A stretch of DNA of 59,281 nt, filler included, from Sluysia triapertura (lineage: Eukaryota), in the NCBI GenBank assembly GCA_046118255.1. It is 5 parts of 5 records of this genome, joined end to end, with 100 filler letters (N's around TTAATTAATTAA, not from the genome) between each part and the next. Parts side by side here need not be neighbours in the genome. Positions count along the whole stretch, not along the records: positions 37,085 to 47,935 come from JBJNIA010192661.1; positions 48,036 to 59,281 come from JBJNIA010186836.1; 3 more parts are not named here. One strand, given 5' to 3'. Under the pieces are notes generated by a model, which did not search any database, was not told the DNA's origin, and saw nothing but the letters and a program-made list of their open reading frames with translations. The position numbers and the translations under genes are program-made. Every line of letters starts with the position of its first letter. Position 1 is the first letter of the stretch. Of the stretch, positions 41,100 to 53,036 are shown piece by piece.

Positions 41100-41850
41100 A
41101 ATTGTCATAGAATCCATTTTACAATAAACAAATTAGGCATATGAAGTTCCATGGTTAGAAATAAAATATAGCCAGATAAATATGCAATAAAAGACGATTT
41201 ATAGGAATTATACAGAAAGTTGATAAAAGGGTCACGATTATTAGTATTTCTTACTTTAGGTTGGAAGCCAGGTTTGCGAATGACAAAATAAACTAAATCA
41301 GAATATCCGCTAGTGATTGGAATATTTTGATGTTTCTCAGCGTTCGGATCATCAAGACTGTATTTGTTTAGATGGTATGTTTTGGTATTTTGATTGCACT
41401 AGTAGACTCTTTATACTTAGAAATTATTGATGAGCATTAGTAATAAATTCATTTTTGAATGTTATGGGGTGTCATTTACATTGGCTCGCATCTTTATTAC
41501 TGTTTTTAGTTGAGCTGCATCTGTCATAAGGATTATTTGGATGTAAAGCATTATAGTAGATATTTTCCTTATGAACTTAGTAAACTCTATCATCAGATTT
41601 ATTTATATTGTAGTTTACAAAGTCTTTAAGAGCGCCGCTAACTTTATCTTTAGAATTATTTACATCATGTTTAACAAAATCTTTACCGTTGAGTTTATCA
41701 TCAGAGTTATTTACATTAAGTTTAGCCAAATCTTTATCCAAAACGGCAGACATATTGAATTACTTCCTTTCTCTTTGCTTAAAATTTTCTGGGTTGAGTA
41801 CTGCAATTTTGATGGGCTATATATATTGAAAATTCTAATTACGGAAATTC
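41100..41850 (-). mobile_element. Possible gag-protease remnant of an LTR retrotransposon
   Basis: FKQRE/EVIQYVCRF, YF..RKPG (zinc-knuckle-like), NHGTSYA (protease-like); includes ~3 degenerate KDxxKxxVNNSxDK repeats. Confidence 0.3.
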
Positions 41851-42074
41851 TACATTACCGTAATTTAACATTTTCAATATTTTTATGCAAATAAATTTTA
41901 TGTAATCTGATTTACTAAAGTTAGTCGTAAGTGATTTGTTTATAAAATTTTCTGAGAAACTGGTAGCTTTCATCAAATTTTCCAAATTTTTATTTCCATT
42001 TTGTTCTATTTCGTGGCAGTTTGCTTTATCAATTCTGTAATCATAGCTGGTTAATTCTGTAATCAATTCTGTTA

Positions 42075-42860
42075 TCAAGTATGGTTTCTATTTTGTTGTA
42101 CTGCAATTCGTTCCATGCATGAAAAACACGATACACGAGTTGTTATAACATCTTGATCAATACGACATCTACTGTTTCCATAATTAATTTTGACAAACAA
42201 TCCACGTAACAGCAACTTGGCAACGGTTATTTTATGATTATTTTCCGAATTTGTCGATATCATATTTAATGTTGATTATATTAATCAAGAAACAGTAAAT
42301 CAGAGCCACAAAGAAACTTTGTGTCGAGGTTAAAATCACATACAGATACATGAAAAATAATGTCATTTGTTGATGATAATGAACAATCAAAATAACGTAA
42401 TAAAATCCAAGTACGGGCATTAAGACTAGAGTTGCTTTGACAGCTTTTATATATTCAACAAGGAATCTAGATATAAATTGACGAAAAACTGATGTGATCG
42501 TGTTAAATGATTACTTCCATTGTTATAATGACAAGAAGTATTTGTATTTTCTTGTAAAAGTTTATTTTCACTAGCAAAAATATTATATTGACTATTATTA
42601 TTTTTCTTGATTTTGAATGGTTGTGGATTTGATTTTGTTTTTGTACTGCAAAATGATGACGAATTATGCCGAGTGGTCTTCGATAAGTCCATTTTGAGAT
42701 TAGTGCCAAAATGATGAACATCATTATAACACTGTTCAAAACTAACATTATAATTATAGCTGTATCAGTAAAATAGTCCAATGATCGAAGCTATACTTGT
42801 TCAGAATCAGAACTAATATTCATGATAGTATTTCAAAAAGGTGTTAAAATCGGAAGAGTT
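42075..42860 (-). pseudogene. Class B (secretin-family; CRF/DH44/calcitonin-receptor-like) GPCR, ECL2-TM5-TM6-TM7-tail fragment
   Basis: LDYFTDTAIIIMLVLNSVIMMFIILALISK (TM5), YIKAVKATLVLMPVLGFYYV (TM6), YVILTSTQSFFVALIYCFL (TM7, cf. SxQGFFVAxxYCFLN); frameshifts on both sides of ICL3; TM1-3 not seen. Confidence 0.85.
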
Positions 42861-44147
42861 TATTATTTTAAGTCTCCATGTTATATTTGGAGGAGGTTAA
42901 TCATCAACATGTGCTGATAAAATCAAAGTATCGTGAAGAGCGACTTTTAAAGATTTAGGTATGACAAAAAAGTTGGAGAATCGGATTTAAATAGAGTTAT
43001 TTTCTGTTTAATATTGAATTATTTTCTTCCTCTGATGCTTCATAAAATCCAAAATGATTTATTTCTAGACTAGTTAATTGTAAGACGTAATTTCCATTGT
43101 TCGAATTTTCCAATATTATGTTTCTTTAGATTGAGAAAAAATAAAATATTATAGAAGGTTAGGAAGAATTGAGAGCGTTTTTATGTAAATTTCATTGTTA
43201 TTAAATCTAAGTTTAATTTTATGTTTTTTGAGGTTTTTATGTTGGTGTGCTTAAGTCTTTAAGTAATTGAATATTTTGATAGTTAAATGTGATGTCATGT
43301 TTGTTTGTGTTTGGTGAAATGTTAAATGATAAGTTTGAACAACCACACCCTACTTTTATTGGCCAATCAATGCGTATGATTGAGTAGAAAGTACACATTA
43401 TTTTGGCAACTTTGTTTAGCCGATGTTACACAATTGTACTTTATATCTTTACTGAGCTTATGACTCATACACAGTTATAGTCAGGATTGTCGTCAGACAA
43501 GTAGAAAAACCGATGAGGATATCAATTTTATTATTTGTGTTACTAGGAAAGGAATATAAGACTTGCTTCCACGTTATTAATGTTTCTTAGTTTAAAGAAG
43601 AAATATATTTATTAAATCCCAAAAAAATACTGATTTATTTTGATTTGATTTGATATGTACTTGAATAATTATTTTATCTGTCAATTTATGATAAGACTTC
43701 AAAGATTCGACATATTTTAACCAGTTTTTTAGTCTATGCTATACTTTATATTTTAAATCAAGATGTTTACATGGTCGACAAAAAAGAAACTTATGTCGTA
43801 CATAAACATAACTCACGCCTATTTTTTACACCAGCAATTTCTGCCATATTAAAATATTTTCTTAAAGTAACATTTTGCTCCAACGACTTGTTATTTCTCA
43901 TTATAATATTACAAAAAATAAGATTTTATAAAAGAAGGAAAAGATGTTTTATGCGAATTCAACGTAAGTAGTTTGAAATACACATCGCTTTATAATAACT
44001 TTTAATTGTCGACTTGGGAATATTATGAGAATCTATGTTCTAAAAGTAAAATATCTATAATAACACATCCTTTATCTTCATTAACCAAATCAATCATTCG
44101 AATTAGCTCATTCGCAGTATTTATACAATCCGTTAGACTTCAATAAA

Positions 44148-44214
44148 TGGACTGAATCGAATCCGGTACCTCTCGCTTCACAGTCCGATGCTTTGACCAT
44201 TGAGCTATCAGCCC
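44148..44214 (-). pseudogene. tRNA-like sequence (GTG at the anticodon position), 3' strand of T-stem deleted
   Basis: GGGCTGA-TAGCTCAATGGTCAAAGC-ATCGGA-CTGTGAA-GCGA-GAGGTACCGGATTCGAT-TCAGTCC-A; 7-bp acceptor stem, A box and B-box-like motif. Confidence 0.8.
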
Positions 44215-44739
44215 AGTCTAACGGATTTGTTTGATTATAATCAATAATCAATAATATCATTATTCTATAGCAATTTAGATTACTTTCTCATTTGAAAAGT
44301 TAAATTCAAATGCTAATGTTTTCGTGTCGTATCTCCATTATATTCATTAGCTTTGATTCAGGATTATGAGAAACAATAATCATTAATCTAGTAGCACGTT
44401 TTTCGAAAATCGATTTGATTACTCTTAAAATAGTAATTCTAACAGTAATTTCCAAGAGTTTCATCTGATGATCTGTTTTTGCATATAACAATAATTTCAA
44501 ATCTTCACGAATAAAATGCACAGGCTAATGTTGTTAAAAATAATTTTGTAAAATTTTTTTAATAGTAAATCAAAAATATACTTCAAAAAAATTTTTAATA
44601 TCTCATAATCTTCAATTTTCTTTTTCAAATTAATAATCTCGATTTCTCTTTCTTTAAAAATAATTTTCAAATTATAAATACATTCATTATAATGATTGCA
44701 CACGATTCATAATAATAATAATGCCCTAATTTTAAAATA

Positions 44740-45160
44740 GCATGAATGATTTCAAATGTAAAACTTAAAATTGCTTTCATATATGATACTTTAACTTTTT
44801 AAATGGTAAATCTTCGTGAGAATATTTTACTGAGAGATACACGCAAGCATATATTTTCATACTATTATGAAACTGTTTCAGTTCAGTTAGAGATGAAGCA
44901 TATTTAACATTAGATAACGTTCTTTTAGATGTTAACGTTCTTTCTCTACTTCTAATGTACTAATTTCTAATAGCGCAATACACATTAATATCATTATGTA
45001 ATGGTAGATAATTTTTCTTACCAGAACTATTTCGTAATGTTGTACAGCTGCAGGAAATTTTGAAGTATGTGCAGAATCATTAGTAGCTGATTCAGACATA
45101 GAACCACCATGACACATAATTTACGAATCGCACCTGATCCCAAAATATTTAAAATTAAGC
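44740..45160 (-). pseudogene. Receptor tyrosine kinase catalytic-domain fragment (ROS/sevenless/INSR-like), degenerate
   Basis: ILGSGA (Gly loop), AV-TLRNS across a frameshift (cf. VAVKTLR), 55-nt intron 44967-45021, HLKERYLMLNMLH (cf. FLKEAxLMSxFxH), FIIV*KYM, IH. Confidence 0.55.
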
Positions 45161-45263
45161 TTAAAAATAAAAAAATGCAGACATGAATTAAGTTGAATAA
45201 TTAAGATTAAGTCTCGATAATCTCTGAAGCAGTTATCGGACTAATGGTGTCGATGATAGTAAC

Positions 45264-45325
<62 letters not shown>
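45264..45325. repeat. (AAT)n microsatellite
   Basis: Directly visible. Confidence 0.95.
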
Positions 45326-45328
<3 letters not shown>

Positions 45329-46439
45329 CAATCGTAATTAGAAAAGTTAAAATCTAAAAGTGGTAATAATTATTTATTTAAAAATTTTATAAACTTACCA
45401 TCATATAAGTTAAAGTTTGATCATAAAGATATGGAAGGAGTGTGGCATGGTTGGAGTATGTTTTGATGTGTTCAAGTGAGGTTTTATGTATATATTTGGT
45501 GCTGATTATATAATATAGTCGTGGTAAAGGCTATAAAGCCTAATTATTATTATTATTATTACTATTGATATTATATTTTATTAGAATTATTTTTATTACA
45601 ATATTGAAATTATTATCATTATTATAGAAGAAAAGTATTGTTATTATATTAATTATTATTTTTATTATTTGTAATTATTATTATATTCACAATTTTATTA
45701 TTATTATTATTGTCGATTAGCTGTACATAATCTATTTTTAGAAGAAATGTGTATTTATTAATCTTATAACTAACAATAATCTATTTATGTGTAACTTATT
45801 TTAACATTAAATTTTATATGTTAATCAGAAAAGTATTTATGTATAATTTAATTTAATATTAATAATAATTTATTTTAACATTAATAATATATTTAAATTC
45901 ATATGGATTATTTTTTTACAAATATATAATTGAATAATATAATTTTTTGAGAGATAATAAATAATAATAATAAATGACTTTTAGTCAATATAAATCGCAG
46001 TTTAAAAATATACAACAGAAGAATTATAAATTATAATTGACAATTTGGTGGTATCGACTTAGATGAGAAACAGAATACATATTACTATAATTCTTTTAAC
46101 AGTTCTCTGGTTATTCTCGGAATACACATTAAAACAATTCTCTGGAAAATAAACAAAATAATTCGTTAGTTGATTTATTTATAAGTTTACAACTTTTAGT
46201 TGAAAATTAATACTTAAAATCTCTTTTATTAATTATCAACCGTTTAAGAAGGTTAATCAAGTTCGATAAAAAAATTAATTACTTTGAGGTTTTTAATTAT
46301 TGTAAAATTTATATCTATACTTATATTCGTATTTACATCACCCCACATATTTGGTATATTCATTGTTTTTTAATATAAGTTGTTATAATTTTTAGTAACC
46401 TTTCAATTCAGTTCGTACGAAATATTAAAATTGCATAGT

Positions 46440-46619
46440 TGTAAATTTACCCCAAAAAAGAAAATTCCTTACCAAAAATAGAAAAGAAGTTTCTAGAATG
46501 TTCTAGAACAATCTAGAATTCTACTAGCTTATGATTGCCTGTTGGCTTATATAAATAGCTGCAGTTAATCAGAATTAATCTCAATTTTAGAGGGCACATT
46601 GGAATTTATTTTATCTACA
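46440..46619 (+). mobile_element. ~180-bp LTR-like unit with heat-shock-element array and TATA box
   Basis: TGTAAAT...ATCTACA ends; GAAgtTTCtaGAAtgTTCtaGAAcaATCtaGAA at 46486-46518; TATATAAATA at 46548-46557; TGG-initiated PBS-like motif 5 nt downstream. Confidence 0.55.
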
Positions 46620-47164
46620 ATTTTTGGTCATCATCTTCTCGTAGAGCAGCGATTTTATTATATTTAGTCAACTATTCGTTTCCAGAATAATTTCCATTAA
46701 CTTTTCATTCCATGAAAACCGTAAGGTGTTTTTGTTAATTTGTTTTTACTCTCCCTTGAAGAAGTAAAAATAATAAAATCAGACGTAAAATCATTTTTAA
46801 AAGAGATTTTTTAACTCCGATGTACTGATGGGAATAATTTATAATTAGAAAATTTAAGATCTTTTTGGATTTTAATTTTAAACTATTAAGATAACTCTTT
46901 TTGTAATTTTTGTCTAAAGAGTTAATATATTTTAATTTGTCTTATTTTCGTTAGCATTAAAGTTTCAAGCATTGCAAACTATAAATTAGTTGAGATTTAT
47001 AATTTACGTTAAAGAGAATAATTATTTTGTTAAATTTGCATTAATATTTACTTAAATGTAGTTATGACACAAGACGTTTACTATAACCGGACTTGGCTAA
47101 TTTTTATTTTGCCGTAGGTTTAGAATTTAGAAAACCACAGCAATATTGTTAGAGTTCATAAAAT

Positions 47165-47235
47165 TGACTGACCAGGGATCGAATCCGGGTTCTCTCGCTA
47201 CGCAGTTCGATGCTCTACCACCGAGCTATCAGCCC
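47165..47235 (-). pseudogene. tRNA-like sequence (GCG at the anticodon position), anticodon stem disrupted; SINE-like head
   Basis: GGGCTGA-TAGCTCGGTGGTAGAGC-ATCGAA-CTGCGTA-GCGA-GAGAACCCGGATTCGATCCCTGG-TCAGTCA then ATTTT; homologous to 44148-44214. Confidence 0.85.
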
Positions 47236-47868
47236 CGTCTAACAATTTTAGATTATTATAGTCAATTACACCAAATGGTACTTTAGGCCTGCATCCCAAC
47301 AATATAAAGGAGAATAATTCAGAAATGAACGTGAAATGTTTATGAAATTGTTTGTTTGAGTAAGAACTTTAAACGTTTACGAGTAACCGAACTAAAGTTA
47401 GATTCAGTATTTTTAAACACACATTCAATCGTACAGTTATTATTTTAATTTGAGAAGTAATTTAAAGAAAGTAGATCAAATAGATGGAATTTAATTATGT
47501 ACTTTAATTATTTTAGTTAACAAATAAAACTTTTTGCTTTACGCGTAAAAATACTATGACATTAAATAAATAAATAACATTCAAAAATAGGAAAATTAAA
47601 GTTTCAAAAAAGTTTAAAGCCTTTTAAAATTTGTAGTAATTTTTTGTAACAATAAAATTCATGCTCATTTTTCAATAAATTATCCACTCCAGTCATAATG
47701 CCCGGCAAAAAATGCCCATTAATGTTTTCTTTTTTTGAAAATTATCCAGTACATTATCCAGTAGTTCTTTGATAACTTTGCAAAAAACAATTTCTAAAAT
47801 ATTACATCAGAATTTTATTAATCGTTTTAAAGCAAAATTCAAATTGAATAAAATAAGTTTTAATAAAA

Positions 47869-47869
<1 letters not shown>

Positions 47870-47935
<66 letters not shown>
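47870..47935. repeat. (AAT)n microsatellite at contig end
   Basis: Directly visible. Confidence 0.95.
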
Positions 47936-48035
47936 NNNNNNNNNNNNNNNNNNNNNNNNNNNNNNNNNNNNNNNNNNNNTTAATTAATTAANNNNNNNNN
48001 NNNNNNNNNNNNNNNNNNNNNNNNNNNNNNNNNNN
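47936..48035. other. Artificial contig spacer
   Basis: N-TTAATTAATTAA-N, 100 nt; supplies the false stop of ORF 47984-49168. Confidence 0.97.
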
Positions 48036-49168
48036 AATTCCAGTACAATTTTAAAATCATAAATAGTACTATCAAGCATTAAAAAACTTTGCTTAAATGG
48101 GGCTCGTCTAATAAATGCCTTAGCATCTAAACTATTATATTCTACAATCTTATTACAATCTTTAACATAAATGTAAACATCATTTAATTTGATATAATGC
48201 ACAACACAATCGCAGAATAGAGCTGCATCCTTCAAATCCAACTCAAGATCTTTACTACACTTTTTAATGATGAAAAATGGTTTTACGTTTAAACTATCAT
48301 ATTCTATGACTTTATTGCAATCTTTAAAATAAAATTTCGAATCATTCGATTTAATATAAGGGATAGCATAATTACAAACTAGAGTTGCATTTTTTGAATA
48401 TAACTCAGGTAAAAAATCAGATGAAAAGTCTTGAGTATTTAATACGCAATCAATAAAATATTCATTATTTAAATTTAAACACGAATGCCAGGTCCTTTTC
48501 CATAACAATCTACTCAATGGACTTGAATGAGTCTCAAACTCGACATGTCTCTGACAATGATTATACTCCTTCAACAATCTGATTATCTCTGGTTCAAAAT
48601 AATCATTTAGATCAGGCGAGCTATAGCTTTTAAAATAAAGTCTTGATAAAACATCGATCATAAAAACATCATACTTAAGTTTATCAATTGATATTTCATA
48701 ATTATCTTGGCCTAAATTGAATGAATCATATACATTCAGACGGCTCCATAATCCTACATAGAATATTCTTTCAATTTTAACTTTTATATCTTTAAAATTT
48801 ATATCTTTAACAATTATGTCTTTAACATTTACATCTTTAACATTTATATCTTTAACATTTATATCTTTAACATTTATGTCTTTTTCCAATACGAGGTTAA
48901 AACTTTTAAAAACCTTTTTAAAATAGAAAATATTAATAAAGAGACAAAAAACATCTGGATACTCTAAAAGTTCAGTTCCCAGTTCATTCAATGATTTAGG
49001 CATTTGACATTTACCTTCTTGCAACGTTGAAATGCGCTTTGGAATAAAAATAACACCTAAAGTATAGAGTTCAATAAAATGAAATTGTCTTACCATCACA
49101 AAGTGCCCATGTAATGTAACTAAATTGCACAATACGTCGTTTATTACGTTCTGTATGAATCCAAGCAC
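48036..49168 (-). CDS. TPR-repeat-containing protein with a KDINV pentapeptide repeat, 3' end truncated by the gap
   Basis: ~378 open codons; ATLVCNYAIPYIK...KDCNKVIEYDSLNVKPF and AALFCD...KDCNKIVEYNSLDAKAFIRRA...DFKIVLE match TPR consensus (NRAxxYxK...DCxKAIExD...KAxxRRA); true start uncertain. Confidence 0.75.
48783..48884. repeat. 15-bp minisatellite (~7 units, encodes KDINV)
   Basis: (TATCTTTAACATTTA)n visible on the + strand. Confidence 0.95.
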
Positions 49169-49210
49169 GTAGTATTGTTTCTCTCATATTTAGCTCTTCA
49201 AAATTAAAGA

Positions 49211-49477
49211 TCAAATTTTAAAAGTTTTACTTGTTTCATCTAATTCAATTGTACTAAGATTCAATTTAACATAACATTCATCAATTAATGCTTGCAATTC
49301 GTCTTCGCGTTCATTTATAGCAATGATTTCATTTAAAATTTCAGCTCTTCGCGCCTGTTCTTGAATAATGGCAGAATTTTTACGATCAACATCGGATTTT
49401 ACGTGGTAGGTTTCTTCTTTGATTTGCATAAGTTTTGATTTCAATTTTTGTAAGCCGTTCATGTTTTTTTGTTCCAA
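49211..49477 (-). pseudogene. Tropomyosin-like coiled-coil N-terminal fragment
   Basis: LQKLKSKLMQIKEE...EQARRAEILNEIIAINEREDELQALIDECYVKLNLSTIELDETSK parallels short tropomyosin (E..RR.EAE.EV..LNRRIQLLEE.L....RL..AT.KL.EASK); stops after 88 aa. Confidence 0.5.
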
Positions 49478-52400
49478 TGAATTTAAACTATTTTAATCTA
49501 ATTCAGACGATTTTTGAAATATACAATATTCAAACAAAAATAATAACAATGACGTAAAATAATAAAAATGAAAATAAAAATAATAATAAAATAATAATAA
49601 TAATAATAATACTACAAAATAAATTAGACTATTAGATTATGGTTTTAATTTAGTTAGATCAATAGTAGCTCTTAGGATCCGAACAAATGTAATTAATCTA
49701 AATTGAGATTTGCATAGAGTTAAAAGCAACTGTAAAAAGTACTCTAAGAGTTTAGTTGAAATTATCACTGACAATAAATCCAATAGATTATAAGATATTG
49801 ATTACAGTCAAGGTGATGTGAACTATCCGTAATTATTTGTAATTGTTTAATAATTATTTAATTATTCCGAGAACAAATAAATTAACTTTTTAAGTACAAT
49901 AAATTTTAATTTTTCCTAACAATGATTAATTAAAAATGACAGCTAATTATAATATGATCTAATGTGAAGAAAGTCATCTAATGGTTTATAAATATCAAAA
50001 TTTTAATTCTAAATTTATGACGATTTTAATTTTGGGTTTGTGAAGAAAATATTAGTTGCATGAAATTCCATTTCAATTTTCGTAAAATTATGTATTGTAT
50101 ACATTTTCAAGTAAATATGTTAAGTATATTATTAATCATGTTTAATAATTAATATGGATAGTTTAATTTAGGTTACTGTTACTCGTAGAGTACTCGAAAA
50201 ATGATAACCTTAAAGCTTTATCTGCAAATATAACCAAAAGAAAAGAGTATAAAAATTATACTAAAATAACATATTTGTATGGGACGATATTGACGAATTC
50301 AATGTAACTGTTGATTATAATTTATTGTATAATGTTACGTGAATTAAAAGATTATTTGAGTTATAAAATATTAATGTAAAATGTAATGAATATTTATGTT
50401 GTGTATGTTAAAGTTTAAGGTAGGCAGAACACTACCTTATGTACGAAGTAAATGGCATATTCGGGAGATAATCAGTATCAATTTCAAAACTTTTAGCTTA
50501 ATTAATATAAATAAATTTAGTTTTTTGTATAACTTATTATTTTATTGTAACAAGTCTAAAACACTTCTTTTAATCAAGATAATAATGAAATGTAATCTCT
50601 TTTCTCAATTTCATATCTTATTAACATTCTTTTATAAAATAAATGAAATTTCAATAACAAATAATTTTAACTTAATATTATTAATTGATCACAATAAAGT
50701 AAACCACATTAATCCATCATAATAATAAATATGTTAAATTTTGATTTTATTCATTTACTTTTGATTGGTTATTACAGAAGCATTATCTTGAAGTAATTAC
50801 TGGATATTAATACGTTGGACATTTAGAGAAATTACTGTTAATTATAAATTACTAAAATTAATGTGTTTAAAACCGACATAAAACGGAATAAACATAAGTT
50901 ATGGGCATGCTGATTAATTCAGTCGAATTTGAATTTCCTATCAATTATCTAAATAATATATACAATCTCCTTTTTGCCATGGAACAACATAAATAATATG
51001 CAACAGAAGGACTTCTTCTGCTATAAGATAACAATTTCAATCATTGATGACAATCACTGATATTGAATCTTTTATTTCTTTAGAAAGTGAATAAATTTTA
51101 TTTTTAATTAATTTGTTTTGTTACGATTAGTTGAAACGTAAACCTTTATGGTGTCTCTTAATTTATTTGTAATTCGGGTACTAACACTTGTATCTATCCC
51201 TTTAAGTTATCATTTATTTATTTATTGTTTTATTTTGAGTTATTGAATTATAATTGATTTTGCTATTGAAATTCAAACTTAATAAATAAAAAAATTAATA
51301 AACTGAAATTCAAATGTGTTTAATTTTGTTATAGAATCGTTTTTATTAATTTAATTTAGCACATTAAAATAATAAAAATGATAATACTAAAATAAGTATC
51401 TTAAGTATAACAAGTTATGCTAAATATGCAGTAATAATAAATAAGTTATAGTTTGCATCCAAGCATCAGAGAATATGAAACTAACTTGAACAATTTCTTT
51501 TTGTATTCTAAGCGTTTTTGTATACTTAAGTCAAAGTAGATTTAGTGCCTCAAAATAATTATTCATACGTTATTATTATTATTAATTAATAATAAATTAC
51601 GTTGTAATTTTAATTTATTAGTATATAATGTAATTAAAATTATTCATTATTTACTATTATTTTTAACTACATATTCACGAATATATTAAATGAAATCATT
51701 AAATACGAATAAAAATAATCAAAAAATGAATGAAAATTAGACCACGTTATTTGTATTTAAATTCAGCGTACTTTATCAAACTGTTTCGTTAGTAAATAAT
51801 CGATAGTAAATCAATAAAGTAATTGGTAAATAAATAAAATGGTCACTATTTCTTTCATTTTTAATTAATTAAAATCTATTTAAATCAAAAAGATGACTTC
51901 AGTTTGGTGATATTTATTAATCGCAATATTGAGAGATTTGAATAGAATATTTATAAAAGATTCTAAAACATTATTTGTGGTGAGAATAGAAACTGCACAA
52001 ATAAAGATAGACATGTTGATAAAAATGTGGTCCTGAAGTGTATTGAATCTATTTAGAGATAAGAGGATTTTTACAATCTTATATTATTAGAAAGTTGCAT
52101 GAGTAGAATAAGGTAGAATTAAATGTATTGTTTGAAAGTCCTGATTTCAAATGATTTTGGAGCAAAGTAATAAAGTGTAATTAAATTAGGTTTACAAAAT
52201 AACTATGAAAGCTTATTCTAAAGGATAGAAAGAGCAAAGCCTTTTAATCAGTAATGAAACATCAGATTAAAAATATTACGTGGCCAACCTTTCACGTAAA
52301 ATTCAAATGACTATTTCACATAAAATATCACATTTTTATACATTTTACTTTCTCAGATTAATAAAAACCTTTTTACATTACAAAGCATCTAAATTCACAA

Positions 52401-52966
52401 CTTTATAACTTTAAAATCATACATTCAAAACCATCAATGCAAGTTTAAAAATGCATTTAAAACATTTTATTCACTATTTCACAACATCAGAATCACAATT
52501 TACACCTCAAATTATCAAATATCTATTTCGAAATTAATCCAAAACATTTCAAATTCACATTTCTTCAAAACTCATATATTAACGCCTCTGAAAAATATTA
52601 AACTCATAATCTAAAACCATTCTAAATATCCTAATCCAAATAAAATTTCATTTAAATTAATTTTATATATTATAAGAAAATAAAGATTTATGTAATTTTT
52701 ATTTATCATTTTCAAGAAAAGAAAGTTTTTGTTTCAAGAAATACAAAGAATTATGTAAGTTTCATTATTATTATGTAATTTTAAATCATTTTATTATAAT
52801 TAGTATTATGATTATTTTGATATTTTATTTATTTTAGTGTTGTTATCGTTGTTATTTCTGTATTATTACATTCTATTATTATTAATTTTATTATTGTTGT
52901 TGTTGTCTACATTACTAGTATTAACATTGTCATTATCATTTTAATCATTGTTCTTGCATCATTTAG

Positions 52967-53036
52967 ACTGTCATCAATCGACAGCTTAATTAAAAACATT
53001 TTTACATTACTTTATCAACTGTCAATTGATGACAGT
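52967..53036. repeat. Nested hairpin (ACTGTCATCAATyGACAG arms)
   Basis: ~20-bp inverted arms, each itself self-complementary (CTGTCA...yGACAG). Confidence 0.8.

Noticed and set aside
44148-47235. Functional tRNA-His(GTG) and tRNA-Arg(GCG) genes
   Set aside because: Anticodon stems do not pair, one copy lacks half the T-stem, and the body does not resemble eukaryotic tRNA-His
10859-48035. Recurring TTAATTAATTAA within N runs as a biological motif
   Set aside because: Identical 100-nt construction four times; an artificial linker, so cross-gap gene neighbourhoods cannot be interpreted
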